Assembly: GCA_038128265.1 (NCBI GenBank)
Contig: JAYPJE010000020.1
Location: forward strand, 1-23,576
Origin: Gemmatimonadota bacterium
GTDB taxonomy: Bacteria > Latescibacterota > UBA2968 > UBA8231
Reading direction: 5' to 3'
DNA: 23,576 nt
Part shown: piece after piece, positions 7,912 to 16,652 of the stretch
How the letters are laid out: every line of letters starts with the position of its first letter
Numbering within the stretch: the first letter of the stretch is position 1
The notes under the pieces: generated by a model
Seen by the model: only the letters and a program-made list of their open reading frames with translations
What the model was told of the DNA's origin: nothing
The model's database searches: none
Translations under genes and position numbers: made by a program

Positions 7912-10146
7912 TCAGGCAGCCTGCGCGCTCTCGCCCTCTTCGCGCTGGGTACCGCATACCTTGCAGTAGAGCGAAGACGAACCGCCGCGACTGCTCTTTT
8001 CGTAGAGCATGCCCGCTCCACAGTGGTCACAGGCTTGGGCGATGGGCTTTTCCCAGCTGGCGAATTTACAGGAGGGATACTGGTCGCAGCCGTAAAATAC
8101 CTTGCCTTTGCGCGACTGCTTCTCGACCAATTTGCCGCCGCAGTCGTCTTCTGGACAGGGAATGCCCAGATAGAAGGGCTTTACGTTGCGACAGTCCGGA
8201 TAGGAACTGCAGGCGAGAAAGCGGCCATAGCGCCCCGTCTTGACGACCATGGGCGACTGACACTGATCGCACACCTCATCGGTATCGACCTGTTCCTGCT
8301 CTTCCAAGGGCTTGGTATTCTTGCACTCGGGATAGCCGGGGCAGGCCAAGAAGCGGCCATTGCGGCCCCATTTGATGACCATCATGCGACCGCACTCTTC
8401 GCATTCGATATCGGATTCTTCCTGCAGCGACTGCTTGAGCTCTTTGCGCCGCTCGTTAGCGTCTTTGAGATCGTCTTTCCAGGACGAATAGAACTGGCGC
8501 ACCGTATCCACCCAATTGTCGTGCCCTTCTTCGATACGGTCGAGTTTGTCTTCCATATCGGCGGTAAAGCGCACGTTAAAGATGTGCGGAAACGTCTCGA
8601 CTAGCAGCTTGTTTACCGTGTGTCCGCGCTCGGTAGCCAAAAAGTAGCGGTTATCGACCTTTTCTACATACTCGCGGTCCTGAATGGTCGTGATAATCTG
8701 CGCGTAGGTCGATGGTCGACCGATGCCCTGCGCTTCCAGCTCTTTGACCAGCGAAGCCTCCGTATAGCGCGGCGGCGGCTTGGTAAAGTGCTGCTCCGGC
8801 AGCAGCTCGCTCAGCTGCAGCAGCTGCTCTGCGGCAATGTCGTCAGGCACGGAGCCAACCCCATCTTCCTCTTCTTCGTCTTTGCTCTCGCTGTAGAGCA
8901 CGGTAAACCCGTCGAATTTGACGATATTACCCGTCGAGCGCAGCACGTAAGGCCCGGCGTCGATATTGACCGTGGTGATACTCAAAATCTGCGGATTCAT
9001 CTGCGAGGCGACAAAGCGCTTCCAGATAAGCTCGTAAACGCGCGCCTGATCCTGTGAGAGGAGGTGTTTGATATTGTCCGGATGGAGCGCTACGGACGTT
9101 GGGCGAATAGCCTCGTGGGCGTCTTGTGCGCTGCTTTTCGTCTTGTAGACGTTCGGCGTCTCAGGCACATACTTATCGCCGTGCACCTGGCTGATTTGCG
9201 CCCGCACCTCGGCGATAGCATCATCGGATACGCGAACGGAGTCGGTGCGCATATAGGTTATCAGACCGCGCGTTTCCCCTTCGACCTCTATACCCTCGTA
9301 CAGCTGCTGCGCGACGGCCATCGTGCGCTTGACGGAAAAACGCAGGCGGCGCGCGCATTCCTGCTGCAGCGTGCTGGTCGTAAAAGGCGGCGACGGGCGG
9401 CGCGACTGATCGCGCTTCTTGACCTCGCCGACGACAAAGCGCTGTTGGCGCAGTTCGTCGACGATCTGACTGGCCGCTTCCTCGCTGCCAATCTCCGGCT
9501 TCTCGCCCTCTCTTAGGTGCAGCTTCGCCTTGAACGGCGTCGTGCCCTCGCGGCCAACCAACGCTTCGATCGACCAGTATTCCTGCGGTTCAAAGGCCAG
9601 GATTTCGTTGTCGCGCTCGCAGATAATGCGCAGGGCTACCGACTGCACGCGCCCGGCCGAGAGGCCCGAGTGAATAACTTTCCACAGCAGCGGACTGATT
9701 TCGTAGCCCACGAGGCGATCGAGCACGCGACGCGCCTGCTGCGCATCGATTTTCTCCAGGTCCAACTGCCCCGACGTCTGAATCGATTCGCGCACCGCTT
9801 TCGGCGTAATCTCGTTAAAGAGAATGCGCTTTATTTCGGCGTCTTTGCGCGCGATCGAGTGGGCGACGTGCCAGGCGATAGCCTCCCCTTCGCGGTCGGG
9901 GTCTGTGGCCAGGTAGATCGCATCGGCATTCTGGGCGGCCTTGCGCAATTCCGCAAGCACTTTCCCCTTGCCACGAATGGTTATATAACGCGGTTTAAAA
10001 TCGTTTTCAACGTCGATTCCCAGCTCCTTGGGCGGCAGATCGCGCACGTGTCCCATGCACGATTTAACCACAAACTCTTCGCCCAATATCTTGTTGATCG
10101 TCTTAGCTTTGGCCGGCGACTCGACGACCACCAGTGACTTACCCAT
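7912..10146 (-). CDS. topA: DNA topoisomerase I (type IA) with C-terminal zinc ribbons
   Basis: VVESPAKAKTI, TOPRIM DPDREGE, SAGRVQS, catalytic LITYMRTDS, AQDAHEAIRPT, GIGRPSTY, several CxxC ribbons; SD GGGGAAGG. Confidence 0.98.
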   Translation of the reverse strand: MGKSLVVVESPAKAKTINKILGEEFVVKSCMGHVRDLPPKELGIDVENDFKPRYITIRGKGKVLAELRKAAQNADAIYLATDPDREGEAIAWHVAHSIARKDAEIKRILFNEITPKAVRESIQTSGQLDLEKIDAQQARRVLDRLVGYEISPLLWKVIHSGLSAGRVQSVALRIICERDNEILAFEPQEYWSIEALVGREGTTPFKAKLHLREGEKPEIGSEEAASQIVDELRQQRFVVGEVKKRDQSRRPSPPFTTSTLQQECARRLRFSVKRTMAVAQQLYEGIEVEGETRGLITYMRTDSVRVSDDAIAEVRAQISQVHGDKYVPETPNVYKTKSSAQDAHEAIRPTSVALHPDNIKHLLSQDQARVYELIWKRFVASQMNPQILSITTVNIDAGPYVLRSTGNIVKFDGFTVLYSESKDEEEEDGVGSVPDDIAAEQLLQLSELLPEQHFTKPPPRYTEASLVKELEAQGIGRPSTYAQIITTIQDREYVEKVDNRYFLATERGHTVNKLLVETFPHIFNVRFTADMEDKLDRIEEGHDNWVDTVRQFYSSWKDDLKDANERRKELKQSLQEESDIECEECGRMMVIKWGRNGRFLACPGYPECKNTKPLEEQEQVDTDEVCDQCQSPMVVKTGRYGRFLACSSYPDCRNVKPFYLGIPCPEDDCGGKLVEKQSRKGKVFYGCDQYPSCKFASWEKPIAQACDHCGAGMLYEKSSRGGSSSLYCKVCGTQREEGESAQAA

Positions 10147-10183
10147 GCCTTCCCCCGAGAACTCTTTGGTGTAGGTCTAATAT

Positions 10184-10189
10184 ATTATA
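10184..10189 (-). promoter_or_regulatory. Candidate -10 element (TATAAT) for topA in an AT-rich divergent spacer
   Basis: Perfect TATAAT on the minus strand about 38 nt before the topA ATG. No -35 at canonical spacing (TTGATA is 21 nt away). Confidence 0.4.
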
Positions 10190-10312
10190 GTGTTTATAGA
10201 TCGATAATTTTATCAATATATGCACGATGCCAGACAATAGCAACAACCCTTGACAAAGGAATGCGCGCACCCTTTTGTAGACGGGTTGATCTACTCACAC
10301 GAAGGAAATGCA

Positions 10313-11074
10313 TTGATTCACAGAAAGAGTGCGGCGCAAATTGAGTGCCTGCGCACCTGTGGCCAGATCGTCTTCGCCGTCCAGCAAAAGGTCGAAGCGC
10401 TCATCGCACCGGGCGTCAGCACCCGCCAATTGGATGCCGTCGCCGAAGCGGCCATCATCGAGGCCGGTGCTCGACCGGCCTTCAAAGGATACCACGGTTT
10501 TCCCGCCAGCATCTGCGCCTCGACAAACGCCTCAATCGTGCACGGGTTTCCAACCGACACCCCCCTCGCTGACGGCGATATCGTCAGCATCGACGTCGGC
10601 GTCGAGGTCGACGGATATTTTGGCGATGGCGCTTTCACAGTGGGCGTCGGCACCATCAGCAGCGCCGCATTGGACCTCATTGACACGACGCGCCGCTGCT
10701 TGGAGTTGGGTATTGAGCAGATGCGCGTCGACGGCCGCCTCGGCGATATTTCGCACGCTATCCAAACGCATGCCGAAGCAGCGGGCTACTCGATTGTTCG
10801 CGAGTACGGCGGCCACGGCATAGGGCGTGCGCTGCACGAGTCGCCGCACATCAACAACTACGGCAGTCCCGGCAAGGGACCGCGCCTTAAGCCCGGTCAC
10901 GTATTCTGCATCGAGCCCATACTAAGCATGGGCAGCCCAGAGATTGAACACGACGACGACGGCTGGACGGTGCAGACGCGAGACCGCTCGCTAACGGCCC
11001 ACTGCGAACACACCGTAGCGCTGACTGAAAACGGCGCGGAGATTCTCACCCTGCCGGCTGTGCTATCCGCATGA
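10313..11074 (+). CDS. map: Type I methionine aminopeptidase
   Basis: Likely TTG start at 10313 after GAAGGA; AFKGYHGFP, IVHGFP, and metal ligands in IDVG...GDGA, GHGIG...LHESP, IEP, AHCEHT. Confidence 0.95.
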   Translation: MIHRKSAAQIECLRTCGQIVFAVQQKVEALIAPGVSTRQLDAVAEAAIIEAGARPAFKGYHGFPASICASTNASIVHGFPTDTPLADGDIVSIDVGVEVDGYFGDGAFTVGVGTISSAALDLIDTTRRCLELGIEQMRVDGRLGDISHAIQTHAEAAGYSIVREYGGHGIGRALHESPHINNYGSPGKGPRLKPGHVFCIEPILSMGSPEIEHDDDGWTVQTRDRSLTAHCEHTVALTENGAEILTLPAVLSA

Positions 11075-11829
11075 AGGTCACGTTCTTGGGAACAGGCACC
11101 TCCGTTGGCGTGCCGCGCATTGGCTGCACCTGCTCGGTATGCCAGTCGCAAGACGACAAGAACAAGCGCCTGCGCTGTGCTCTGCACCTGGAATACGGAG
11201 CGCACTCCGTTCTGGTCGATACGGGCCCTGACCTGCGCACGCAGGCACTAACCTACGGCGTCCACCGCGTCGACGCCGTGCTCTTCACGCACGGCCATGC
11301 CGATCATCTATACGGCCTAGACGACGTGCGCAGCTACTGCTTTGACCGCCAAGAACCGCTGCCGTGCTATGCCGATGCGCGCACAATGGATCGCATCGAG
11401 CGCGTTTTTGACTACGCCTTTGACGACAATGCCCCCAGCGCGACGCCGCAAATCAGGCTGCAAAAAATAGAGGGCGATTTCGACCTATTTGGTCAATCCA
11501 TCGAGCCGATCCGCGTATATCACGGCCGCCTGCCGGTGCTCGCCTTTCGCATCGGCCATTTTGCCTACGCGACCGACACCAGTCACATTCCCGACGAGAG
11601 CATGGATCGACTGCGCGGACTCGACATCCTCGTGCTAGACGCACTGCGGCACAAGGCGCATCCGACGCATTTCAACCTGGAGCAGGCACTGGAAGTAATC
11701 GAAGAGCTCAAACCCAAGCGCGCCTACCTGACCCACATAGCACACGACCTCGAACACAACGCCACCAACGCCACGCTTCCTGCCGGCGTCGAATTGGCCT
11801 ACGACGGACTCGTACTGGAAACGGGCTAA
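11071..11829 (+). CDS. Metallo-beta-lactamase-fold hydrolase, PhnP-like
   Basis: FLGTGTSVGVPRIGCTCSVC, VDTGPD, THGHADH, AYATDT, HPTHF, YLTHIAH, AYDGL; ATGA overlap with map. Confidence 0.9.
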   Translation: MKVTFLGTGTSVGVPRIGCTCSVCQSQDDKNKRLRCALHLEYGAHSVLVDTGPDLRTQALTYGVHRVDAVLFTHGHADHLYGLDDVRSYCFDRQEPLPCYADARTMDRIERVFDYAFDDNAPSATPQIRLQKIEGDFDLFGQSIEPIRVYHGRLPVLAFRIGHFAYATDTSHIPDESMDRLRGLDILVLDALRHKAHPTHFNLEQALEVIEELKPKRAYLTHIAHDLEHNATNATLPAGVELAYDGLVLETG

Positions 11830-11843
11830 AGCAGCCCACGCGC

Positions 11844-11879
11844 AAAAAAACAAGGGCGCCGCTGTCTCCAGCGACGCCC
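11844..11879 (-). terminator. Rho-independent terminator for nrdJ
   Basis: Minus strand GGGCGTCGCTG-GAGA-CAGCGGCGCCC-TTGTTTTTTT: 11-bp stem with one G-U pair, GNRA loop and U-tract. Confidence 0.88.
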
Positions 11880-11913
11880 CCGCCTCATCAAACTACTCCC
11901 GTTGCTTGCTAAA

Positions 11914-14316
11914 TCAGCATTTAGACCAGCCGCAGTGCTTGCACATTAGGCAGCTGTTTTCGTGTGCTACGGTCGACCCACACTCCGGACACGTAGTCGT
12001 GCTCTTGACCCCATTCGCGCCGTTCTGCGGGGGCTCCACGCTCGCTTCCTGCGGCAGCTCGACGGATGCGGCCTCGGGAGCGAGGCTGATGCTGCCGTGC
12101 ACGCCTCGACGCTGCACGTGCCGCTCCAGCGCCTTGCCGATTGCATCGGGCGTCGACAGGATCAACTCGCCGTTTTCCCAAACCGGGCTCGGGCCGGAAA
12201 TGCCCTTCAGCTCGCTGATGACCTCGTGCGGATCAACCCCCGAGCGCAGGGCCAGCGAGATCAGGCGACTGATGGCCTCGGACTGAGCAGCGGCATTGCC
12301 ACCGGCTTTGCCGATGGTGCTGAAGACTTCGCAGATGCCGAACTCGTCTTCGTTGATCGTCACGTAAATGCGCCCCTCGCCGGTATTGATGCGCTCCGTT
12401 ATTCCCTGCGTCACGGAGGGACGACGGCGGCGATGGTGGAACCCGTCGGCAGCAGGCGCCGCCGCTTCCACAGTCTGCTCTTCTTCTTTTTTCTCTTGGC
12501 CCTCCGTTTGCAGGATGCCTTCACGGCTGCCCTCGCGATAGACCGTAACGCCCTTTAGTCCTTCTTTGTACGCCGTGATGTAAATATCGGCGACCGTATC
12601 GACGTCGATATCTTCCGGTAAGTTGATCGTCGAAGAAATGCTGCTATCCGTGTACTTCTGGATAACGCCCTGCATCCGGACGCGGAAATACGGATCGATC
12701 TGGTGCGCAGTGCGCACGAAATCGGGCAAGTTCTCGTCGTCGCCGAAGACCTGCTTGACGAGCGGATGGTAGACCTTGTACTCGCGGAACGTCTCGCCGT
12801 CGTGCTGCTTGACGCGCCGCTTGTAGCTCGTGCAGAAAATGGGCTCGATACCCGACGAGGTCTGCGCGACAATGGACCCTGTGCCCACTGGCGGCATGGT
12901 AATCAGGGTGCAGTTGCGCAACCCCTTTTCCTTGATGCGCTTCTGGATCTTCTTCGGCAGTCCCTGAATAAACTTGCTCTTGGAAATGCCCTTCCAATCG
13001 AACAGAGTAAAGGCCCCCTTTTCCTCTGCCAAATCGATGGAAGTCTCGTAGGCGTTGTGGCAAATGGTCTGCATGATTTCTTCGACCGCCTGCAGCGCCT
13101 CTTCCGAATCGTAGGCCTTCTCCATCAACACCAGCGCATCGGCCATGCCGGTGATGCCCAGCCCGACGCGCCGGTCGGACGCTACGGCATCGCGAATCTT
13201 GGGCAGCGCGTGGTTGTCCATATTGTACTCGATGACGTTGTCGAGAAAGCGCGTGGCCACGCGCGTGGCTTCGGCGAGGCTCTCGTGATCAAACACGCCG
13301 TCGTCACCGACAAACTTCATCAGGTTTAGGTTGCCCAAATTGCAGGCCGTATAGGAGGCCAAGGGCTGCTCACCGCAGGGGTTGGTGCTGGTCAGCGGAT
13401 TGGCGTACTCGACATTGTGGTACTCGCGCATGGTGTCCCAGAAAATGATGCCGGGCTCGGCGGATGCGTGCGCGTTGGTGATAATTTTGTTCCACAGTTC
13501 GCGCGCGCGCACCGTGCGGAATACCTCGCCGTCAAAGCGCAGATCGAAGTCGGAGTCGGACAGCACCGCCTGCATAAATTCGTGGGTGATCAGCACGCTG
13601 ATATTGGCATACTGCACCTTGGTGCGGTTGGCGTCATTCTTAATCGTTATGAAGCTCTCGATATCGGGGTGATCGACGCGCAGGGTCAACATGAGCGCAC
13701 CGCGCCGACCGGCCTGCGATACGGCGTTGGTGCTTTCCGACAGCAGATTCATAAAGGCCGTGCACCCAGGCGAGGCATCAACGGTGGCGTTGACCGGCGC
13801 GCCCTGCGGCCGCAAAATCGACAGATCGGTGCCAACTCCACCGCCGGTGCGGTACACCATAGCCGACTCACTCAAGCAGCGATAAATGCCTTCTAAGCTA
13901 TCCTCTTCAATCGGGATGACGTAGCAGTTGGACAGCGTCGGTTTGCGGCGCGCCTCATCGCGACCCGCACCGTGCATAACGCGACCGCCGGGAATAAACT
14001 TGAAGTCCATCAGCAGGGAAAAAAAGCGATCGTACCAGTATTCCTTGTCTTTTTCAACGGAGGCCATGGCGCGGGCGATGCGATCCCAGATGTGCAGCGG
14101 ACCCGCCTCACCGGGCGCCAGATACTTGTTGCGCAATACGTCAACGGCCAGATCGTTGTCGCCGTAGTAGGTTTCGGCGTCGGCCGCGCGCGCCAACAGA
14201 TCGTCGTGGCCGTTGCGTTTGAGCCCGTGCCCTTCGAGCTGAGTCAATAAATCTTCAATGCGATTGGCGACTCCGGCCGCCGAGTCGGAGCTCTCGCTTA
14301 CTTTTTCAGACGCCAT
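11914..14316 (-). CDS. nrdJ: Adenosylcobalamin-dependent (class II) ribonucleotide reductase with C-terminal TSCPD-like domain and zinc ribbon
   Basis: ATG14316 after GGGAGG; SNCYV, GGGVG, TNPCGEQ, CNLG, RRVGLG, KGVTVYREGSR; C-terminal ILSTPDAI and CPEC...CKHCGWSKC; no N-terminal ATP cone; no nrdB nearby. Confidence 0.93.
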   Translation of the reverse strand: MASEKVSESSDSAAGVANRIEDLLTQLEGHGLKRNGHDDLLARAADAETYYGDNDLAVDVLRNKYLAPGEAGPLHIWDRIARAMASVEKDKEYWYDRFFSLLMDFKFIPGGRVMHGAGRDEARRKPTLSNCYVIPIEEDSLEGIYRCLSESAMVYRTGGGVGTDLSILRPQGAPVNATVDASPGCTAFMNLLSESTNAVSQAGRRGALMLTLRVDHPDIESFITIKNDANRTKVQYANISVLITHEFMQAVLSDSDFDLRFDGEVFRTVRARELWNKIITNAHASAEPGIIFWDTMREYHNVEYANPLTSTNPCGEQPLASYTACNLGNLNLMKFVGDDGVFDHESLAEATRVATRFLDNVIEYNMDNHALPKIRDAVASDRRVGLGITGMADALVLMEKAYDSEEALQAVEEIMQTICHNAYETSIDLAEEKGAFTLFDWKGISKSKFIQGLPKKIQKRIKEKGLRNCTLITMPPVGTGSIVAQTSSGIEPIFCTSYKRRVKQHDGETFREYKVYHPLVKQVFGDDENLPDFVRTAHQIDPYFRVRMQGVIQKYTDSSISSTINLPEDIDVDTVADIYITAYKEGLKGVTVYREGSREGILQTEGQEKKEEEQTVEAAAPAADGFHHRRRRPSVTQGITERINTGEGRIYVTINEDEFGICEVFSTIGKAGGNAAAQSEAISRLISLALRSGVDPHEVISELKGISGPSPVWENGELILSTPDAIGKALERHVQRRGVHGSISLAPEAASVELPQEASVEPPQNGANGVKSTTTCPECGSTVAHENSCLMCKHCGWSKC

Positions 14317-14433
14317 TCCGCCCTCCCTAGAGGCAAAACAAGGCCCTTCTGCACAGGGGGAAAACAATTGCAGGGACTTGATCGTTTTATGTATGGAATT
14401 TATAGGGGAGCCTACAAATGCGCAGCTACAAAC

Positions 14434-14449
14434 ACACTATCTCTTGCAA
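14434..14449. promoter_or_regulatory. NrdR box (weaker)
   Basis: ACACTATCTCTTGCAA versus consensus acaCwAtATaTwGtgt; 30 bp from the strong box. Confidence 0.6.
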
Positions 14450-14463
14450 TCTGCACATATATC

Positions 14464-14479
14464 ACACAAGATATTGTGT
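14464..14479. promoter_or_regulatory. NrdR box (strong)
   Basis: ACACAAGATATTGTGT, 15/16 match to acaCwAtATaTwGtgt, immediately downstream of the predicted nrdJ -10. Confidence 0.88.
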
Positions 14480-14487
14480 GACGCTCA

Positions 14488-14515
14488 AAGATAGAGAGAA
14501 TGCGGAGGTTGTCAA
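14488..14515 (-). promoter_or_regulatory. Sigma70-type promoter for nrdJ
   Basis: Minus strand TTGACA (14515-14510), 16-nt spacer, TATCTT (14493-14488). Confidence 0.65.
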
Positions 14516-14536
14516 GCAGTTTTTTCACGCGCCGGA

Positions 14537-14552
14537 CCACAATATAGTGCGG
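14537..14552. promoter_or_regulatory. Third NrdR-box-like site upstream of the nrdJ -35
   Basis: CCACAATATAGTGCGG; 9/10 match in the CwATATATwG core. Confidence 0.5.
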
Positions 14553-14571
14553 TGGGCACGTTTTGCACACA

Positions 14572-15024
14572 CTAGTTGTTGGTTAATTGCTCCAATTCGC
14601 GCACAAAGTCGCTCTTGTCCTTGAACTGGCGATAAACGGAGGCAAAGCGCACATAGGCCACGTCGTTGACGTCGCGCAGGTGCTTCATAACCAACTCGCC
14701 GATCTGCGAACTCTGGATCTCCTTTTCGTTGAGATTTCCCAGGTCCGTTTCGACCCTGTCGACCAACTCTTCCATCGCCTCGACCGACACCGTCGTCTTG
14801 TAGCAGGCCAGCTGTATCTTATCGAGCAGCTTAACGCGGTCAAACGGCTCGCGACGCCCGTCGGCCTTGATAATGGTCAACGGCACGTTCTCGATGTATT
14901 CGTAGGTAGTAAAGCGCTTGCTGCAGTTCAGGCATTCGCGACGGCGGCGAATGGCCATGCCCTCGCGGCACGAACGCGAGTCGACGACCTTGTCTTCTTC
15001 GTGATCGCAATAGGGACAGCGCAT
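14572..15024 (-). CDS. nrdR: Transcriptional repressor NrdR
   Basis: MRCPYC, VVDSR, IRRRRECLNC, RFTTYE, ATP cone (IIKADGRREPFDR), VAYVRFASVYRQF; SD GGGAGG. Confidence 0.98.
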   Translation of the reverse strand: MRCPYCDHEEDKVVDSRSCREGMAIRRRRECLNCSKRFTTYEYIENVPLTIIKADGRREPFDRVKLLDKIQLACYKTTVSVEAMEELVDRVETDLGNLNEKEIQSSQIGELVMKHLRDVNDVAYVRFASVYRQFKDKSDFVRELEQLTNN

Positions 15025-15136
15025 AGAGAAATCCTCCCACAGCTAGCGACGCGGGGGCGACGCTACAATTTGGTGCCGGGGAGGATGGCGAGAAAGAGGA
15101 TACGAGCCCTCATTCCCAGGGGGAAAAAGCTACTAC

Positions 15137-15165
15137 AGGATAGTAAAAACAGTAAGATATGGCAA
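15137..15165 (-). promoter_or_regulatory. Sigma70-type internal promoter for nrdR
   Basis: Minus strand TTGCCA (15165-15160), 17-nt spacer, TATCCT (15142-15137), right after the tonB stop. Confidence 0.6.
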
Positions 15166-15168
15166 GCG

Positions 15169-15822
15169 CTAGTTTAGCTGGAAGGTGAACGGCAAACTAA
15201 CCCAAACTTTGACGGGCTTGTCATTTTGTATGGCCGGCTCGAACTCCCATTGGAGCGCCGCGACTTTGGCCGCCTCGTGAAAGACCTCAGGGCCGGTAAC
15301 TTTGCCAATCGCCTCGACCTTGCCCTCTTTGTTGACCAACGCCGTAACAAAGACCTTGCCGGTAATATTGGCTTTGCGGGCAATATCCGGGTATTCGGGC
15401 ACGGCGCGCTTGGTCGGCACCGGCTGCTTCTCGACCTTCCACAATTCGACGACTTCTTCCTCTTCCTCGAGCTCGACGTCCTCCACCAAGTCTTCCATCG
15501 GCGGCGGCGGCGCAAAATCGTCCAAGTCCAGGTCTAAGTTTGTGTCCTCAATCGTCACGTCGTCTGCGATATCGGGGTCGTCGGTGGCCACCGGTACAAC
15601 CGGACGCGCGGGCGGCGGCGGGCGGCGCTCCTGCTTGGTCTCGGGAATCTCTTCCAGCTGAATTACGATGGGCTCTTCAGACTTGGCGTAGGCCTCTGCC
15701 TCAAAAGAGGGGAACAGCGCGAAGAGCAGGCCGTGCAGGACCACGGAAGCGCCCACACAGCTCCACAGCAACTTGCGATAGGTCAGGCGCAGGTTTGCTT
15801 CGGGTTGCTTGCCGCGGATCAT
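15169..15822 (-). CDS. tonB: Energy transducer TonB
   Basis: N-terminal TM with SxxxH (SVVLHG), Pro-rich and acidic linker, TonB_C (PEYPDIARKANITGKVFV...WEFEPAIQNDKPVKVWVSLPFTF). Confidence 0.92.
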   Translation of the reverse strand: MIRGKQPEANLRLTYRKLLWSCVGASVVLHGLLFALFPSFEAEAYAKSEEPIVIQLEEIPETKQERRPPPPARPVVPVATDDPDIADDVTIEDTNLDLDLDDFAPPPPMEDLVEDVELEEEEEVVELWKVEKQPVPTKRAVPEYPDIARKANITGKVFVTALVNKEGKVEAIGKVTGPEVFHEAAKVAALQWEFEPAIQNDKPVKVWVSLPFTFQLN

Positions 15823-16233
15823 CTATTCCGCCTCCCGTTTCGTCGAGAAGTTGACCCGCAGCGCCTCGACCTTGCGCAGCTCTTCCATAACATCGGAAAT
15901 CACGCCGAACTGCGAATCCTTGTCGCCGCGCAGCGAGATAATGAGACGGGGATTGGCCGTCAGGCGCGCATGGACCAGCTGTCCCAGAGTGCCCAGCGGA
16001 ACCGTGCGATCTTCCATGCTAATCGTCCCCTCGCTATTGACCCATATCTGCAGGACGTTGCGCCGGCTCTCCAGCTTTTCAATCTTCTCGGCTTCGGGCA
16101 GTTCAACTGGCACGCCGCGATAGCGCACAAATACGGTCGATACCATAAAGAAGACCAGCAGCAGAAACGAAATATCCGCCATTGATGCCGTGGGGATGAC
16201 GCTGCCCACTTTGGACTTGCGGTTGAATTGCAC
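15823..16233 (-). CDS. exbD: ExbD/TolR family protein (second copy)
   Basis: IPTASMADISFLLLVFFMV with essential Asp; LRGDKDSQFG; GTG start. Confidence 0.92.
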   Translation of the reverse strand: MQFNRKSKVGSVIPTASMADISFLLLVFFMVSTVFVRYRGVPVELPEAEKIEKLESRRNVLQIWVNSEGTISMEDRTVPLGTLGQLVHARLTANPRLIISLRGDKDSQFGVISDVMEELRKVEALRVNFSTKREAE

Positions 16234-16236
16234 TGT

Positions 16237-16650
16237 TTACTCTTCCGGATTGGCGATCGAGATCTTGGTAGCGCCGGCCATCTTCAAGTCGTCGAGCACG
16301 TCGACGAACGTGCGATACGTCGCGCCGCGCTCCGTCTTGACCGAAATAATCAGCTTGTCGTTTTCCGCCAGGCGGCCCTCGATCTGCGATTTCAGCTGGC
16401 CGGAGGGTATGGGCGTCAGCTGATCGTTTTCAAAAAAAGCCACCTGGTCGCGCGCGTTGATCCACACGTTGAGAATATTTTTGCTCTGTACTTCTTTTGT
16501 CTCACCGACGGGCGGCAAGTGCAGCGACAGCCCCTTATCCTGATTCATCGTCGTCGTCACCAGGAAGAAGACGATGAGCAGGAAGGCGATATCTGCCATC
16601 GATGCAGTGGGAATCTCCGGCGATACCCGGCTGGCGCGCTTCTTGATCAC
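16237..16650 (-). CDS. exbD: ExbD/TolR family protein (first copy)
   Basis: IPTASMADIAFLLIVFFLVTT; YRTFVDVLDDL; probable GTG start at 16650 just after the exbB stop. Confidence 0.92.
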   Translation of the reverse strand: MIKKRASRVSPEIPTASMADIAFLLIVFFLVTTTMNQDKGLSLHLPPVGETKEVQSKNILNVWINARDQVAFFENDQLTPIPSGQLKSQIEGRLAENDKLIISVKTERGATYRTFVDVLDDLKMAGATKISIANPEE

Positions 16651-16652
16651 GC

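Noticed and set aside
7654..10137. Several long plus-strand ORFs (316, 145, 150, 206 aa)
   Set aside because: Antisense shadows of topA/xerC in the codon-mirrored frame.
10177..10200. dif-like site near xerC (ATATATTAT)
   Set aside because: Lacks the TTATGTTAAA XerD arm; better explained as an AT-rich promoter.
10250..10312. map start at TTG10250 and a TTGACA promoter there
   Set aside because: TTG10313 has an SD and gives the canonical Map N-terminus; the TTGACA lacks a convincing -10, so no promoter was called.
15071..15081. TGGTGCCGGGG resembling the tRNA-Leu 3' end (possible att duplication)
   Set aside because: Only 8 bp are identical, there is no T-arm, it lies on the wrong side of the tRNA, and the intervening genes are core.
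14317..15136. Cobalamin riboswitch in the nrdJ or nrdR leader (GGGAA and GCCCCCGC present in the latter)
   Set aside because: The GGTGnAAnTCC T-loop, ACTGT and B12-box elements are absent.
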